This document shows, in pieces, positions 50,549 to 60,363 of a stretch of 64,000 nucleotides of DNA. A program made the translations under genes and the position numbers. The notes below the pieces were generated by a model. It was not told the origin of the DNA and ran no database searches. It was given only the letters and a program-made list of their open reading frames with translations. Within the stretch, counting starts at the first letter, position 1. Each line of letters starts with the position of its first letter. Source of the DNA: an uncultured cyanobacterium (GTDB lineage: Bacteria; Cyanobacteriota; Cyanobacteriia; Pseudanabaenales; Pseudanabaenaceae); contig OY969811.1 in the NCBI GenBank assembly GCA_963703315.1, forward strand, positions 192,001-256,000, given 5' to 3'.

Positions 50549-52158
50549 TAATCTCCACCTGACCCATATCGCCATGCATCAATCTGACGTTGCCATAGAT
50601 ATTGTTGTTCGGGTAGAAGGTTAGCGATCGCAGGTTCAACGTTCTGCCCAATTTGATTTAAAAAGCTATACGCACCTAGACTGACATAATGTTTCAGCCA
50701 ATTAATGAGAGTGGTAATACCTACCTGTTGCATAATTTTGAGAACTAGTACAGGATCGGCAACGGACATCGCCAGCATCGTTTGGGCAAGGGGAATAAAC
50801 TGCACTACATCTTGCAAAAATGGATAGAGTACCCGATCGCCGAGTTTTTCCATGGCGGTGAATGTAACTCCGAGCAGATAATTAATGCGATCGCTCTCAA
50901 TTTGTTGATTAACTGCCACACTCATCGATTTTTGAAATAACCAAGTCACCGATAAATTTGGCTGATAGGGTTGCAGCGATCGCAAGTTTTCTTTTGCTAA
51001 TAAATCACTTTGCAGCGCTGCATTAATCCCATGCGTTAATCTTGGTAAATGTCGCACCATTGCACCAAATCCACCAAAGCTAAGAGGCGACTGCATTCCT
51101 GAACTATCACCAACCTGCAAAATTCGATCCCAAGGAGTTTGCAAAGGATTTTGTTTATAGGAAGGAAAGAATCCAAAGAGAACGCGCTCAAATTTAAGTT
51201 GATTGAGTTCTATTTCTTGATATTTTGGCAGCCAAAATAGATAGTCTTCCATTAACTGAGCAAAGCTGGGACGCTGGGGATCGGCATCGACATAGGTAAA
51301 CATATAGGTGGTTCTGCCATCTTTCGCAGGAAAAGCTTCCCAAAAGTATTGACATTGATTTTGAATGGGGGTAAAGCTATAAATCAAGTCACCATGAGAC
51401 TTTTGGGGAATGCCTTTAGCACAACTTCCCACCACCATACAAACTCCATCGGGTTTGATATTGCCTTGAACTTGCGATCGCGCTTGCTTGGCAATTGGCG
51501 AAAAATGTCCCATGACATCGAGTAACAATCTTCCTGTGATCTTTTCTGTAACTGCATTTTCAAGTTTGCGAGTTACTTCTACAGATATACCGTGAGAATG
51601 GGTGATCGCTTGTTTAAATGTCGTGTTCTCCCATAATATTCCACCAGCAGCGAGAAACTTCTGTTTGAGAACTTCCAATAAATAAACAGGATCAACACCA
51701 ATATTGAGGATATCGCGCACCCATAGATCTTTTCCTCCTTGAAAGCCAACTCTCGCAGGATTATAAACCGTAGCGATCGCTGTTTCAAGTTCCAATTCCG
51801 TTAGCAAATCCATTTCCAGAAAAGCATTTAATTCCTGCCGAGAAATATTCCATTCCTGTACTCTGCCCCGCAATATCCCTTGTTCGATAATCGCCACATC
51901 CCAGCCACGCATCTGCAAGGCACAGCCAATAAATATCCCCAAAGTGCCACCACAGACAATCACATCAAAATCGCGATCGCCTAATGGTTCTGTTGATGTC
52001 TGCACGACTTGGGCGATCGCTTGGTTGTCCTGACGATAGCTTGTCCAAAAAGCATCTATGCGTTCCAATTGGGCTGGAATCTCGGCAGGCATTTGCGATT
52101 TGACGGTTTCAAATAAAGACATATTTTTAAAAATAGTAAATGTCGGTGAAACCGACAT
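50518..52158 (-). CDS. cruP: CruP-like FAD-dependent oxidoreductase (lycopene cyclase family); likely ATG at 52122
   Basis: GGTLG, QEWNISR.EL, QSPLSFGGFGAM.RHL, W.YGSG.DY. Confidence 0.75.
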   Translation of the reverse strand: MSVSPTFTIFKNMSLFETVKSQMPAEIPAQLERIDAFWTSYRQDNQAIAQVVQTSTEPLGDRDFDVIVCGGTLGIFIGCALQMRGWDVAIIEQGILRGRVQEWNISRQELNAFLEMDLLTELELETAIATVYNPARVGFQGGKDLWVRDILNIGVDPVYLLEVLKQKFLAAGGILWENTTFKQAITHSHGISVEVTRKLENAVTEKITGRLLLDVMGHFSPIAKQARSQVQGNIKPDGVCMVVGSCAKGIPQKSHGDLIYSFTPIQNQCQYFWEAFPAKDGRTTYMFTYVDADPQRPSFAQLMEDYLFWLPKYQEIELNQLKFERVLFGFFPSYKQNPLQTPWDRILQVGDSSGMQSPLSFGGFGAMVRHLPRLTHGINAALQSDLLAKENLRSLQPYQPNLSVTWLFQKSMSVAVNQQIESDRINYLLGVTFTAMEKLGDRVLYPFLQDVVQFIPLAQTMLAMSVADPVLVLKIMQQVGITTLINWLKHYVSLGAYSFLNQIGQNVEPAIANLLPEQQYLWQRQIDAWRYGSGGDYIATAKQVKT

Positions 52159-52166
52159 TTACTATC

Positions 52167-52772
52167 CTAGAGCTTATATCGAGGATCGCAATAGTCTCGT
52201 AGCCATTTATTGGCGGCATCAGCGATCGCCGCATCACTGACATCTACAGGCGGCGCTTGCCCAATTCGCATAAATGCCATATCTAAGCGCCAACCCTTAG
52301 AAGTCGGTACTACAAATAGCCAATAAGCTCTTTGGGAAGTCTCTGCTCTTCCCGTTTGTCGTTCTAATACTGATAAAAAAATCTGCTCTGGTAGGCGATC
52401 TCGGGACTGGTCAGGTGCTAGGGGCAAAGGCTCAAGTTCGGGCTGACTGATGTTCATTACCTCGCGTTTAATCCGTAATCGACTATAAACACGATTGAGA
52501 TAATCGGGTAAGTCCTTTGCCAGTGCTTTGCTTAAATTGGGGAAGTCGGCAGGGCAAACACGATTATTTATATAGGTTTCCGCATTTGTGCTGCTAGGTA
52601 TGGAGAATAGGGTGCTAAGGGCGATCGCTATTAGGTTTCTGCGATTTAATAAAGACCCAGATTTTTTGTGGCGCGGCGCAGCCACGCCACAAAAAATTGG
52701 GTCTTTATTTTCCTGCGAATCCCTTATTGTCATTGTCGATATCCATCGCTGACTTGTGAGAATTTTGATCAT
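52167..52772 (-). CDS. Hypothetical exported protein (likely ATG at 52733)
   Basis: RRNLIAIAL signal-like segment; CP...L..DLP.Y.NRV; PP.DVS...IA.A...WLRD. Confidence 0.75.
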   Translation of the reverse strand: MIKILTSQRWISTMTIRDSQENKDPIFCGVAAPRHKKSGSLLNRRNLIAIALSTLFSIPSSTNAETYINNRVCPADFPNLSKALAKDLPDYLNRVYSRLRIKREVMNISQPELEPLPLAPDQSRDRLPEQIFLSVLERQTGRAETSQRAYWLFVVPTSKGWRLDMAFMRIGQAPPVDVSDAAIADAANKWLRDYCDPRYKL

Positions 52773-52784
52773 AATATTTGATCG

Positions 52785-52898
52785 TATAGCAAAGCAAGAG
52801 TTGGTTAGTACAAACTAAAACCCAAGAAGCGGGTTGCGGCGCTCCGCGCCGCAACTCGCCTTCTGGTTTTGTGTCCTAAGCAAAATTTTTTTGCTATA
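52785..52898. mobile_element. MITE-like family A2 (114 bp)
   Basis: TATAGCAAA...TTTGCTATA ends; central GTTGCGGCGC-TCC-GCGCCGCAAC hairpin. Confidence 0.8.
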
Positions 52899-52972
52899 TA
52901 CTTGGGGCAGAAGTTAAGTAGCTCAATAATTATGTATTTTTGCCGTAAATTTGGCTTTGCAATCAGATTACT

Positions 52973-53926
52973 ATGAACTTAGAGACAACTCCTACAGAAA
53001 ATAATGTTAATTTGATTGAAGTTGAAGCAAATTTGGCTAAATCTGAGAGAATCGATCTCTTTTTAGCACAAAACCTCACTGACCTATCCCGATCGCGAAT
53101 CCAAGTATTAATTGATGAGGGCTATGTCACGGTTAATGATGTTCTTTGTCATAACAAAAAGGATTTAATTAAGGCAGGCGATCGTATTCAAGTAGTTACA
53201 CCAATTGCGACACCCTTAGACCTAATCGCCCAAGCAATTCCCTTAGATATTCTCTATGAAGATGAACATCTCATCGTGATTAATAAACCTGCGGGGCTAG
53301 TCGTCCATCCTGCCGCAGGTCATAGTGATGGAACTTTGGTAAATGCGCTCTTAGCTCACTGCACTGAGCTTTCAGGAATAAATGGAACTCAACGTCCAGG
53401 AATTGTGCATCGTTTGGATAAAGATACCAGTGGTGTGATGGTAGTCGCCAAAAACGATCGCGCCCATCAAGATTTACAAGCTCAAATTCAAGCCAAGACG
53501 GCAAGAAGAGAATATCTAGGAATCGTGCGGGGAGTTCCTAAAGGTGAATCAGGTGTAATAGATGCTGCGATTGATCGGCATAAGAGCGATCGCAAAAAAA
53601 TGGCAGTCATCGAGAATGGACGTAGAGCCGTTACCCATTGGCAAATCAAGGAACGTTTGGGAAATTACACCCTCGTTAAATTTGACTTAGAAACAGGGCG
53701 TACCCATCAAATTCGAGTGCATTCGGCATATATGGGCTGGGCGATCGCTGGCGATCCTGTCTATGGACATCCCAACAAAGAAGTTTCGCAATATCTAACG
53801 GGTCAAGCTCTCCATGCATGGCGACTGACATTTACGCATCCTGTCTCAGGCGAAATCATCGAGAACACTGCCCCATTGCCCGCAGGTTTTGAAAAGCTGC
53901 TAGCATTTCTACGCCGCCGCAGTTAA
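52973..53926 (+). CDS. rluD: RluD-family 23S rRNA pseudouridine synthase
   Basis: S4 domain; NKPAGLVVHP, HRLDKDTSG, TGRTHQIRVH. Confidence 0.95.
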   Translation: MNLETTPTENNVNLIEVEANLAKSERIDLFLAQNLTDLSRSRIQVLIDEGYVTVNDVLCHNKKDLIKAGDRIQVVTPIATPLDLIAQAIPLDILYEDEHLIVINKPAGLVVHPAAGHSDGTLVNALLAHCTELSGINGTQRPGIVHRLDKDTSGVMVVAKNDRAHQDLQAQIQAKTARREYLGIVRGVPKGESGVIDAAIDRHKSDRKKMAVIENGRRAVTHWQIKERLGNYTLVKFDLETGRTHQIRVHSAYMGWAIAGDPVYGHPNKEVSQYLTGQALHAWRLTFTHPVSGEIIENTAPLPAGFEKLLAFLRRRS

Positions 53927-53978
53927 ACAAAATCAAGAAGCAAGTGGTGGCGCATAGCGCCACCACTTGCTTTTTGTT

Positions 53979-54518
53979 TTAAAGATTAGATAAAGCGCCA
54001 CGCGCCCCATCGCGGGAAACCTTCAGATATTCCGTATTCACCCCTGATTCGCGGGTAAGCGAAACTTTACCAGTACGCGCAATTTCGCGAATGCCAAACT
54101 TGTTTAACATCTTTAAGATTGCCACCATCTTCCCAGGGTCACCCACTACCTCAATGGTCAAGAAATCATCAGCTACGTCAACGATACGGGCGCGAAAAAT
54201 CTGAGATATTTCAATAATTTCCGATCGCACATTTGGGGCAGCATTTACCTTGACGAGCATCAACTCGCGCTCAACACAGGGAATATCGGTAAAATCGAGA
54301 ATCGTGATCACATTAATCAACTTATGTAATTGCTTAGTGATCTGCTCAATCGTGTGATCATCACCTGAGACAACCATCGTAATGCGCGTAAATCCGTCTT
54401 GCTCGGCAGTACCGACCGCAAGGCTCTCGATATTAAAACCTCGGCGGGCGAACAAGCTAGCAATGCGGGTCAGCACGCCTGCCTCATCTTGGACGACAAC
54501 GGAGAGAGTATGTTTCAT
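53979..54518 (-). CDS. ilvN: Acetolactate synthase small subunit
   Basis: [23 protein letters not shown]. Confidence 0.97.
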   Translation of the reverse strand: MKHTLSVVVQDEAGVLTRIASLFARRGFNIESLAVGTAEQDGFTRITMVVSGDDHTIEQITKQLHKLINVITILDFTDIPCVERELMLVKVNAAPNVRSEIIEISQIFRARIVDVADDFLTIEVVGDPGKMVAILKMLNKFGIREIARTGKVSLTRESGVNTEYLKVSRDGARGALSNL

Positions 54519-54694
54519 GACAAATTCGGCAAATAAACAGCACAGTAGACTATATTAATGACTTTGGTTACCTTATTGCGCTTATCAAGCTACATATTGA
54601 TAACGATTAAGGTGCTTAGTTTCTAAAACTATTTTCCAAACTAAGTGGGGCGCTTTGCGCCCTTGCTTAGTCAATCTATCCCAACATCAACACT

Positions 54695-55558
54695 ATGACT
54701 GCTCAGTTTCATCATGTTCCCGTGCTTGCCGAGCCAACGATCGCTGGCTTAGAAATCGTTGCAGGGGGTATATATCTCGATTGCACTGTGGGGGGCGGCG
54801 GACATAGTGCTTTGATTTTGCAACGTGCGGATAATGTGCGCTTAGTGGCGATTGATCGTGATGAGATGGCGATCGCTGCTGCCAGTGAAAAATTAGCAGA
54901 TCATCAAGATCGAGTCACTTTTTGGCGGGGTAATTTTTGTGAATATCAACCTGCCCCCGATTTGAAATTTGATGGCATCCTTGCTGACTTGGGTGTAAGT
55001 TCAACTCAATTTGATGTGGCTGAGCGGGGCTTTAGTTTTCGAGAGTCAGGTGATCTCGATATGCGAATGGATAATCGTCAAACCCTCACCGCCGCCGAAA
55101 TTATCAATCACTACAAAGAAGTAGAACTAGCAGATATCTTTTTTAAACTTGGTGAAGAGAGACTTTCACGACGGATTGCCCGTCAAATTGTTGAAAAGCG
55201 TCCCTTTAAAACCACCTTAGAACTGGCGAATGCGATCGCTGCCTGTGTTCCTGCTAGTTATCGTCATGGCAGAATCCATCCCGCAACGCGAACCTTTCAA
55301 GCCCTACGCATTGCCGTTAACCGCGAATTAGAGAGTCTCGAAAAGTGGCTAGCCGTTGCTCCCAATTGGCTCAAGGTCGGCGGTAAAGTTGCCGTGATCA
55401 CCTTCCATAGTCTTGAAGATCGGATTGTCAAACATACCTTTCGTGAAGACGATCGCTTACAAGTTCTCACCAAAAAGGTCATTATCGCGACTGATGAAGA
55501 AATTCGTGCTAATCCCAGAGCGCGATCGGCAAAGCTACGGATTGCCCAAAGGATATAG
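54695..55558 (+). CDS. rsmH: 16S rRNA m4C1402 methyltransferase
   Basis: [37 protein letters not shown]. Confidence 0.97.
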   Translation: MTAQFHHVPVLAEPTIAGLEIVAGGIYLDCTVGGGGHSALILQRADNVRLVAIDRDEMAIAAASEKLADHQDRVTFWRGNFCEYQPAPDLKFDGILADLGVSSTQFDVAERGFSFRESGDLDMRMDNRQTLTAAEIINHYKEVELADIFFKLGEERLSRRIARQIVEKRPFKTTLELANAIAACVPASYRHGRIHPATRTFQALRIAVNRELESLEKWLAVAPNWLKVGGKVAVITFHSLEDRIVKHTFREDDRLQVLTKKVIIATDEEIRANPRARSAKLRIAQRI

Positions 55559-55657
55559 AGTAATACTATTAAAAAGCAAACCCCGTAAGGGTTTGCAAAA
55601 CTAAAAATGGCTACGCCATTTTTAGTTTTGGTATAAGGTCTTCCCATCGGTCTAGAT

Positions 55658-56326
55658 TTAAATGACTTTAGGTAACTCAATACCAATCTTGCTAATAATC
55701 TCCATAACGTTGTTTGCAAAATCAGTCATACCCGCAATGCCAGTAAATGTTACTGTTGCTGCTGTTGCTAAGGCTAACAGGCGTTTTTTGAGTGTGGGCT
55801 GATGTGGTTGTGGTTTTTTGATTTCTTGTTCTATCGCTTCAACATCAATGATCAAATCTTCGCGAACATCATCAGGAAATTGCAGTGCAGTTTGTCTCAA
55901 GTTTTGAATGAGTTGAAGTACATCAGCTATATTTGCACCGCTTGTTTGATTGAAGTGAGAGGCTTGTTGACGAGCGTTGTCTTTGACTTCATTAGCAAAG
56001 TTAGTAATGTTTGCACCTTGCAGATTGTTATTAAATTGCTTGTCGATTTTGTCACGCATGACTTTATCACCTGCGATGTTGTCTCCTGAGCCGTATTGAT
56101 GAATGTTGTTGGACATTGGTTTGTAATGGAGTTTGAGGAGTTGACTGGCTGGTAGGGCTTGCGTGGCGTAAGTTTGACCGTCATCATCGCTAAATTCGAC
56201 TTCGTAGACTTCAGGGGCAAGGATTTCGACGATGGTTCCGACTTGTCCTGCTAGTAAGCGATTTTTGGGTAGGTCGCTTTTTAGGGCAACGATATCGAAT
56301 AGATTGAGTTTGGTTAGGGTGAGCAT
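55658..56326 (-). CDS. DUF4926 domain fused to a Roco/pentapeptide-type C-terminal helical tail
   Basis: LFDIVAL..DLP...L..GQVGTIVE...YEVEFSD..G.TYA, then from 56116 MSNNIHQYGSGDNIAGD... Confidence 0.75.
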   Translation of the reverse strand: MLTLTKLNLFDIVALKSDLPKNRLLAGQVGTIVEILAPEVYEVEFSDDDGQTYATQALPASQLLKLHYKPMSNNIHQYGSGDNIAGDKVMRDKIDKQFNNNLQGANITNFANEVKDNARQQASHFNQTSGANIADVLQLIQNLRQTALQFPDDVREDLIIDVEAIEQEIKKPQPHQPTLKKRLLALATAATVTFTGIAGMTDFANNVMEIISKIGIELPKVI

Positions 56327-56331
56327 TGGCT

Positions 56332-56673
56332 TTACCTCAAGATATAACAACTAACGAGACGGGGGAACTCTTCATCGGGACGGATGATCCAAGTAGTGCG
56401 GACGTTGGCGGTGTTTTGGTTGCGGGTGATGGGGAAATCGACGATGTAGCGTTGACCATATTGATCGGACTGGCTAGGAATGGCTTCATAGTTCTGAATT
56501 GCTTCTATGATAAGAGTTTGCAGAATTTCGACATCGTTTTCATTTCTACCTAAATCTAGGATAGCGGCAAATAATCTGGCTTTGTGTTTTCCGCGATCAT
56601 GTTGGGTGTTGAGGCTGTAGTTCCAGAGTTTGTTGCGATCAATAAACGCTAAATCAAGGTTTGGTAGCTTCAT
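56332..56673 (-). CDS. DUF6883-like protein (usual partner of DUF4926)
   Basis: KL..Y.LN..H..G.HKAR.F; YG.RY; W.......PRLVSCY. Confidence 0.75.
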   Translation of the reverse strand: MKLPNLDLAFIDRNKLWNYSLNTQHDRGKHKARLFAAILDLGRNENDVEILQTLIIEAIQNYEAIPSQSDQYGQRYIVDFPITRNQNTANVRTTWIIRPDEEFPRLVSCYILR

Positions 56674-58578
56674 CCTATTTTGTCACGTCTGACAAGATCA
56701 CCAGCAACATTATCATTGTTTCCATTTTGATTAATAGTTTTAGAATGCCTATTGTCATTAATTTTAACGGAAATATTGTAAGGACTATCTTCTGTAACTT
56801 CGACATCTAAGCCAGTCTGAGTTCTTTGCCGTATGCTGATGTCTTCATAGCCATCTAAAAGTTGCCGCAAATCAATCTTTTTTCTTAGTTGTGGAATGGG
56901 TACAGTAGATTCACCCATACCTTCCAAGCTCAAAAGCTCTTGATAGCTTAACGGCTTAAGGTCAGGATGATTTGGGACAGGAACCCATTCAGTGACTTCG
57001 GCGTTAACTGACTTATGGATTTTTTTGAAGGTATCACGGATAGTTTTTAAGAAAGAGCGACGGGTTTTCTCTCTGCCACTAATAGTAATAAAGATTTTTT
57101 TATCTTTAAGTTCAACTCTAATACGGGCAATATTTAAGACTTCGCCATTTTCTTTATCTTCTAGCATTACACCATTACGCCAGTATGTGTGGTTATGGAT
57201 ATAGTCGCTGGCAAGAGAGATAAAATGGGAAATGAGACTATCAGGTAAAACGTGGTAATGGTATTGAAATTCGAGAGTACCGCCTTGAAGTCTCATATCT
57301 TCTGGCTCATCTTTTGGCAAAATAGCAGGTATAAGAAATTGCAGCGGGTGACAATTGATTGCAACGCAGAATCCAAATTCTTTCATTAAATCAATTAGTG
57401 CAGTATATCTATCTCTAGGATAACTTAATGGATCTAGGAGGCGACTGAGATCTTCAAAAGTAAAAATTGCTTTTGTGTTGATGCTTTCATCATTAAGTAG
57501 GGATTCTCTAGCTTCACTAATCCAGTTTTGATTACGGAGATAATTAAAGATTCTTTTGGCATCTTTTAGAGTCAAGAATATCTGGCGGAACTTTTGCAAT
57601 CTGATTTTCAGATAGATCAAGATAGGAGAGTTTCTTCAATTCAAAAAGTGCTTCAGGGATATCCTTTATTTGGTTAGAATGAAGATCAAGCCTCGTCAAC
57701 TCTTCTAAGCTGGCTATATCAAGGGGAATGCTACTAATTTGATTTTTTGATAGATTAAGTATTTGTAGTTTTTTAAGTTTTGAGATAGTATCTGGAATAT
57801 TTACAATCTGGTTATTACTAAGATCAAGCTCTTGTAAGCTAGAAAGTTTACCAATCTCATCAGGAATCTCACTAATTTGATTGAGAGAGAGCCAGAGCCT
57901 TTTAAGCGTCTCTAGCTGAGAGATAGATTTAGGAATCTTACGAATATGATTACTAAAAAGGGTAAGGTCTTCAAGCTTAGGTATATGACAAACTGCTTCT
58001 GGAATTTCGCGAATCTGGTTACAGTACAACGATAGTGTCTTAAGGTCAGTCATTTGAGAAATTGAGCTTGGAATTTCACGAATCTCGTTGCTATGAAGGG
58101 AAAGATGACCAAGTTTTTTAAGTTGACTAATTTCACTGGGGATCTCGCGAATTTGATTGTTCTCGAGACGTAACCGCTTTAAACTCGATATTTTCATAAT
58201 TGAAATTGGTATTACAACAATGTGATTTCTCGACAAATCAATTTCTTCAAGATTTTCTAACTGTGCAATTGAATCAGAAATCTTAGATATTTTATTGCCC
58301 CATAACGAAAGTTCTTTAAGATTGACAAGTTTACCGAAAGCGTCAGGAATTTCACTGATTTGATTATTTGAAAGAGAAAGATCTTCAAGGCTAAAGAGAT
58401 TAGTAACTGCTTCTGGAAATTCTGTTATCTGATTATTAGACAGAAAAATCCTTTTCAGGTAAGTAAGTTGAGATATCTCTGGCGGAACTGTTTTGAACCC
58501 CATATTTGAGAGATCTAACACGGTTGCCTTTTCTTGCTTTGCCTGTGCGATTATTGCCAATAACTCTGCATCTTTCAT
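56670..58578 (-). pseudogene. Degenerate LRR-(Roc deleted)-COR Roco gene, split by a frameshift near 57564-57567
   Basis: LRR ORF 57544..58578 continues out of frame into COR motifs (LM..F..C, LIP..LP, YW.NGV.L); no P-loop present. Confidence 0.8.
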
Positions 58579-58662
58579 AAGGAAAAAATAAAAAGGAAAA
58601 AAATTTGGTTTTGATGTTCTTGACTAAATTTATAGTGGTTATTGCTCAAAAATGTAAAAGGT

Positions 58663-58998
58663 TTATAAATACTCGATTTTCCCCTTCATTTCATCAGCTA
58701 ACGCAACCTCATAAAGCAAGATCAACAATCGGATAATCTGACCTGTAGATCTTGCCTCTTTACGACAATAGGTAATTCCATAATGCTCACAGCCACGATG
58801 CGTCAAAACTAACAAATCATCATCATGGGTAAGCAGAACCCTCTTCTCGGCATTCGCAAACACCAAATGCTCCATATCACTCTTGCCAATCAAACCTACA
58901 TTGCGTGGAATAGTTACATCAATTCCAGCACGTCTTAGTCCCTGAGCGATCGCAAAGCTGACGTTCTCATCAAGATGGTAACGAATTCGTTCTGACAT
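58663..58998 (-). CDS. DUF5615 PIN-like toxin
   Basis: YHLDENV, LR..GIDV, RVLLTHD.D. Confidence 0.88.
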   Translation of the reverse strand: MSERIRYHLDENVSFAIAQGLRRAGIDVTIPRNVGLIGKSDMEHLVFANAEKRVLLTHDDDLLVLTHRGCEHYGITYCRKEARSTGQIIRLLILLYEVALADEMKGKIEYL

Positions 58999-59302
58999 CC
59001 TTTAACACCCTAATTTTTTCTTGCAAAAGAGAAGGATAAAGAGGACGTAGCGAATCAGCTAATGCTTCTGAAGCCTGAATACTCTCATCGATCGCCACTT
59101 TGTTATCATAATAAAATGACATCGCCGCATACACTTCCGACAAAGTGAGATCGTACTCCACCGCCACCTCTTCAAGCGATTGTCCTAAGCGTAAATAAGC
59201 GATCGCCACATCTGCAACCGTAATGCGTCTACCAGCAATGCGCGGCTTACCACCACGAATATCAGGCGTAATCTCAATATAGCGATCGAGTGTAACTTTC
59301 AT
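58970..59302 (-). CDS. DUF433 antitoxin
   Basis: IEITPDIRGGKPRIAGRRITV; VYAAMSFYY. Confidence 0.92.
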   Translation of the reverse strand: MKVTLDRYIEITPDIRGGKPRIAGRRITVADVAIAYLRLGQSLEEVAVEYDLTLSEVYAAMSFYYDNKVAIDESIQASEALADSLRPLYPSLLQEKIRVLKDVRTNSLPS

Positions 59303-59374
59303 TATGTTCTCTGATGCTGATTTTCTAGTATTTTACAAGGTTTTTAGGCAGGCGATCGCGTTGCCAAGAAAAAA

Positions 59375-59686
59375 CTAGAAAGTAATGATTTCTAAGCCGC
59401 GATTTTTGACTAGATGTAACAACTTTAGCGCAGTTCCACTTGGTCGCTTCTGCCCGATCTCCCACTTCTGCACCGTTGACACACTCGTATTTAGCAAAGA
59501 AGCAAACACCGCCTGACTCACTCGACAGGCTTCTCGAATTTGCCTAATTTGCTCAGGCTCTAACGGTTCCACTGGCGGCAAACACAAGCGATCAAATTCG
59601 CGTAAAGTAACTAGATCCATTACACCAGCCTGATGTAGCCCCTGAGCAGTTTCATGCACCGCTTCAAGAATTGCTGATTTTTTCAT
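59375..59686 (-). CDS. HigA-like XRE HTH antitoxin
   Basis: SQAVFA.LLN.SVSTVQKWE.GQKRPSG. Confidence 0.9.
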   Translation of the reverse strand: MKKSAILEAVHETAQGLHQAGVMDLVTLREFDRLCLPPVEPLEPEQIRQIREACRVSQAVFASLLNTSVSTVQKWEIGQKRPSGTALKLLHLVKNRGLEIITF

Positions 59687-59992
59687 CGCAAAGTACCTCT
59701 ATTAATTCATCATTACGCTGAGCCATAGCCAGATCCTCTACTGATAAAGCCAGAAGATGATTAGACAATATTTGCTCAGGCTCTAACGGTTCCACTGGCG
59801 GCAAACACAAGCGATCAAATTCGCGTAAAGTAACTAGATCCATTACACCAGCCTGATGTAGCCCCTGAGCAGTTTCATGCACCGCTTCAAGAATTGCTGA
59901 TTTTTTCATCGCAAAGTACCTCTATTAATTCATCATTACGCTGAGCCATAGCCAGATCCTCTACTGATAAAGCCAGAAGATGATTAGACAAT
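59547..59992. repeat. 223-bp tandem duplication spanning the toxin/antitoxin junction
   Basis: 59547-59769 repeated at 59770-59992. Confidence 0.92.
59664..59909 (-). CDS. Chimeric ORF: antitoxin N-terminus fused to toxin C-terminus
   Basis: Product of the 223-bp duplication. Confidence 0.5.
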   Translation of the reverse strand: MKKSAILEAVHETAQGLHQAGVMDLVTLREFDRLCLPPVEPLEPEQILSNHLLALSVEDLAMAQRNDELIEVLCDEKISNS

Positions 59993-60276
59993 TTCTTCAA
60001 AGCTTCCTCTTCCTGTTTATTAATATTGCCGCGATCGCTCTTCGCAAAACCAAATACAAAAATCCAGCGATCGCCTCTATTTGTAGCAACTAATGTCCGA
60101 AAACCTCCACTTTTACCCTGTCCAATTCTTGCAACTCGTTTTTTGACTAATCCACCACCCAGATCAGCCTCATATAGCCCTTCCATCATTTCTCGCACAG
60201 CTAAACATAGACTAAGATTATTTAGTCCTTGCTTCCGCGCCCAACGCTCAAACCAACGAGTCTTGTAGATACTCAT
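59887..60276 (-). CDS. RelE/ParE (HigB-2-like) toxin
   Basis: KTRWFERWARK, ADLGGG..KKRVA..G.GKSGGFR, F.K....NI. Confidence 0.9.
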   Translation of the reverse strand: MSIYKTRWFERWARKQGLNNLSLCLAVREMMEGLYEADLGGGLVKKRVARIGQGKSGGFRTLVATNRGDRWIFVFGFAKSDRGNINKQEEEALKKLSNHLLALSVEDLAMAQRNDELIEVLCDEKISNS

Positions 60277-60285
60277 TACTTTACT

Positions 60286-60302
60286 ATAGCACTAAGTGCT
60301 AT
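60286..60302. promoter_or_regulatory. Palindromic operator candidate of the higBA-like operon
   Basis: ATAGCACT-A-AGTGCTAT, 10 bp upstream of the toxin start. Confidence 0.6.
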
Positions 60303-60363
60303 GTATTTTGCAGCCGTCCAATTTTCCTCGACAATTTAAATTTAGAAGTCAAAATCAGCTTTC

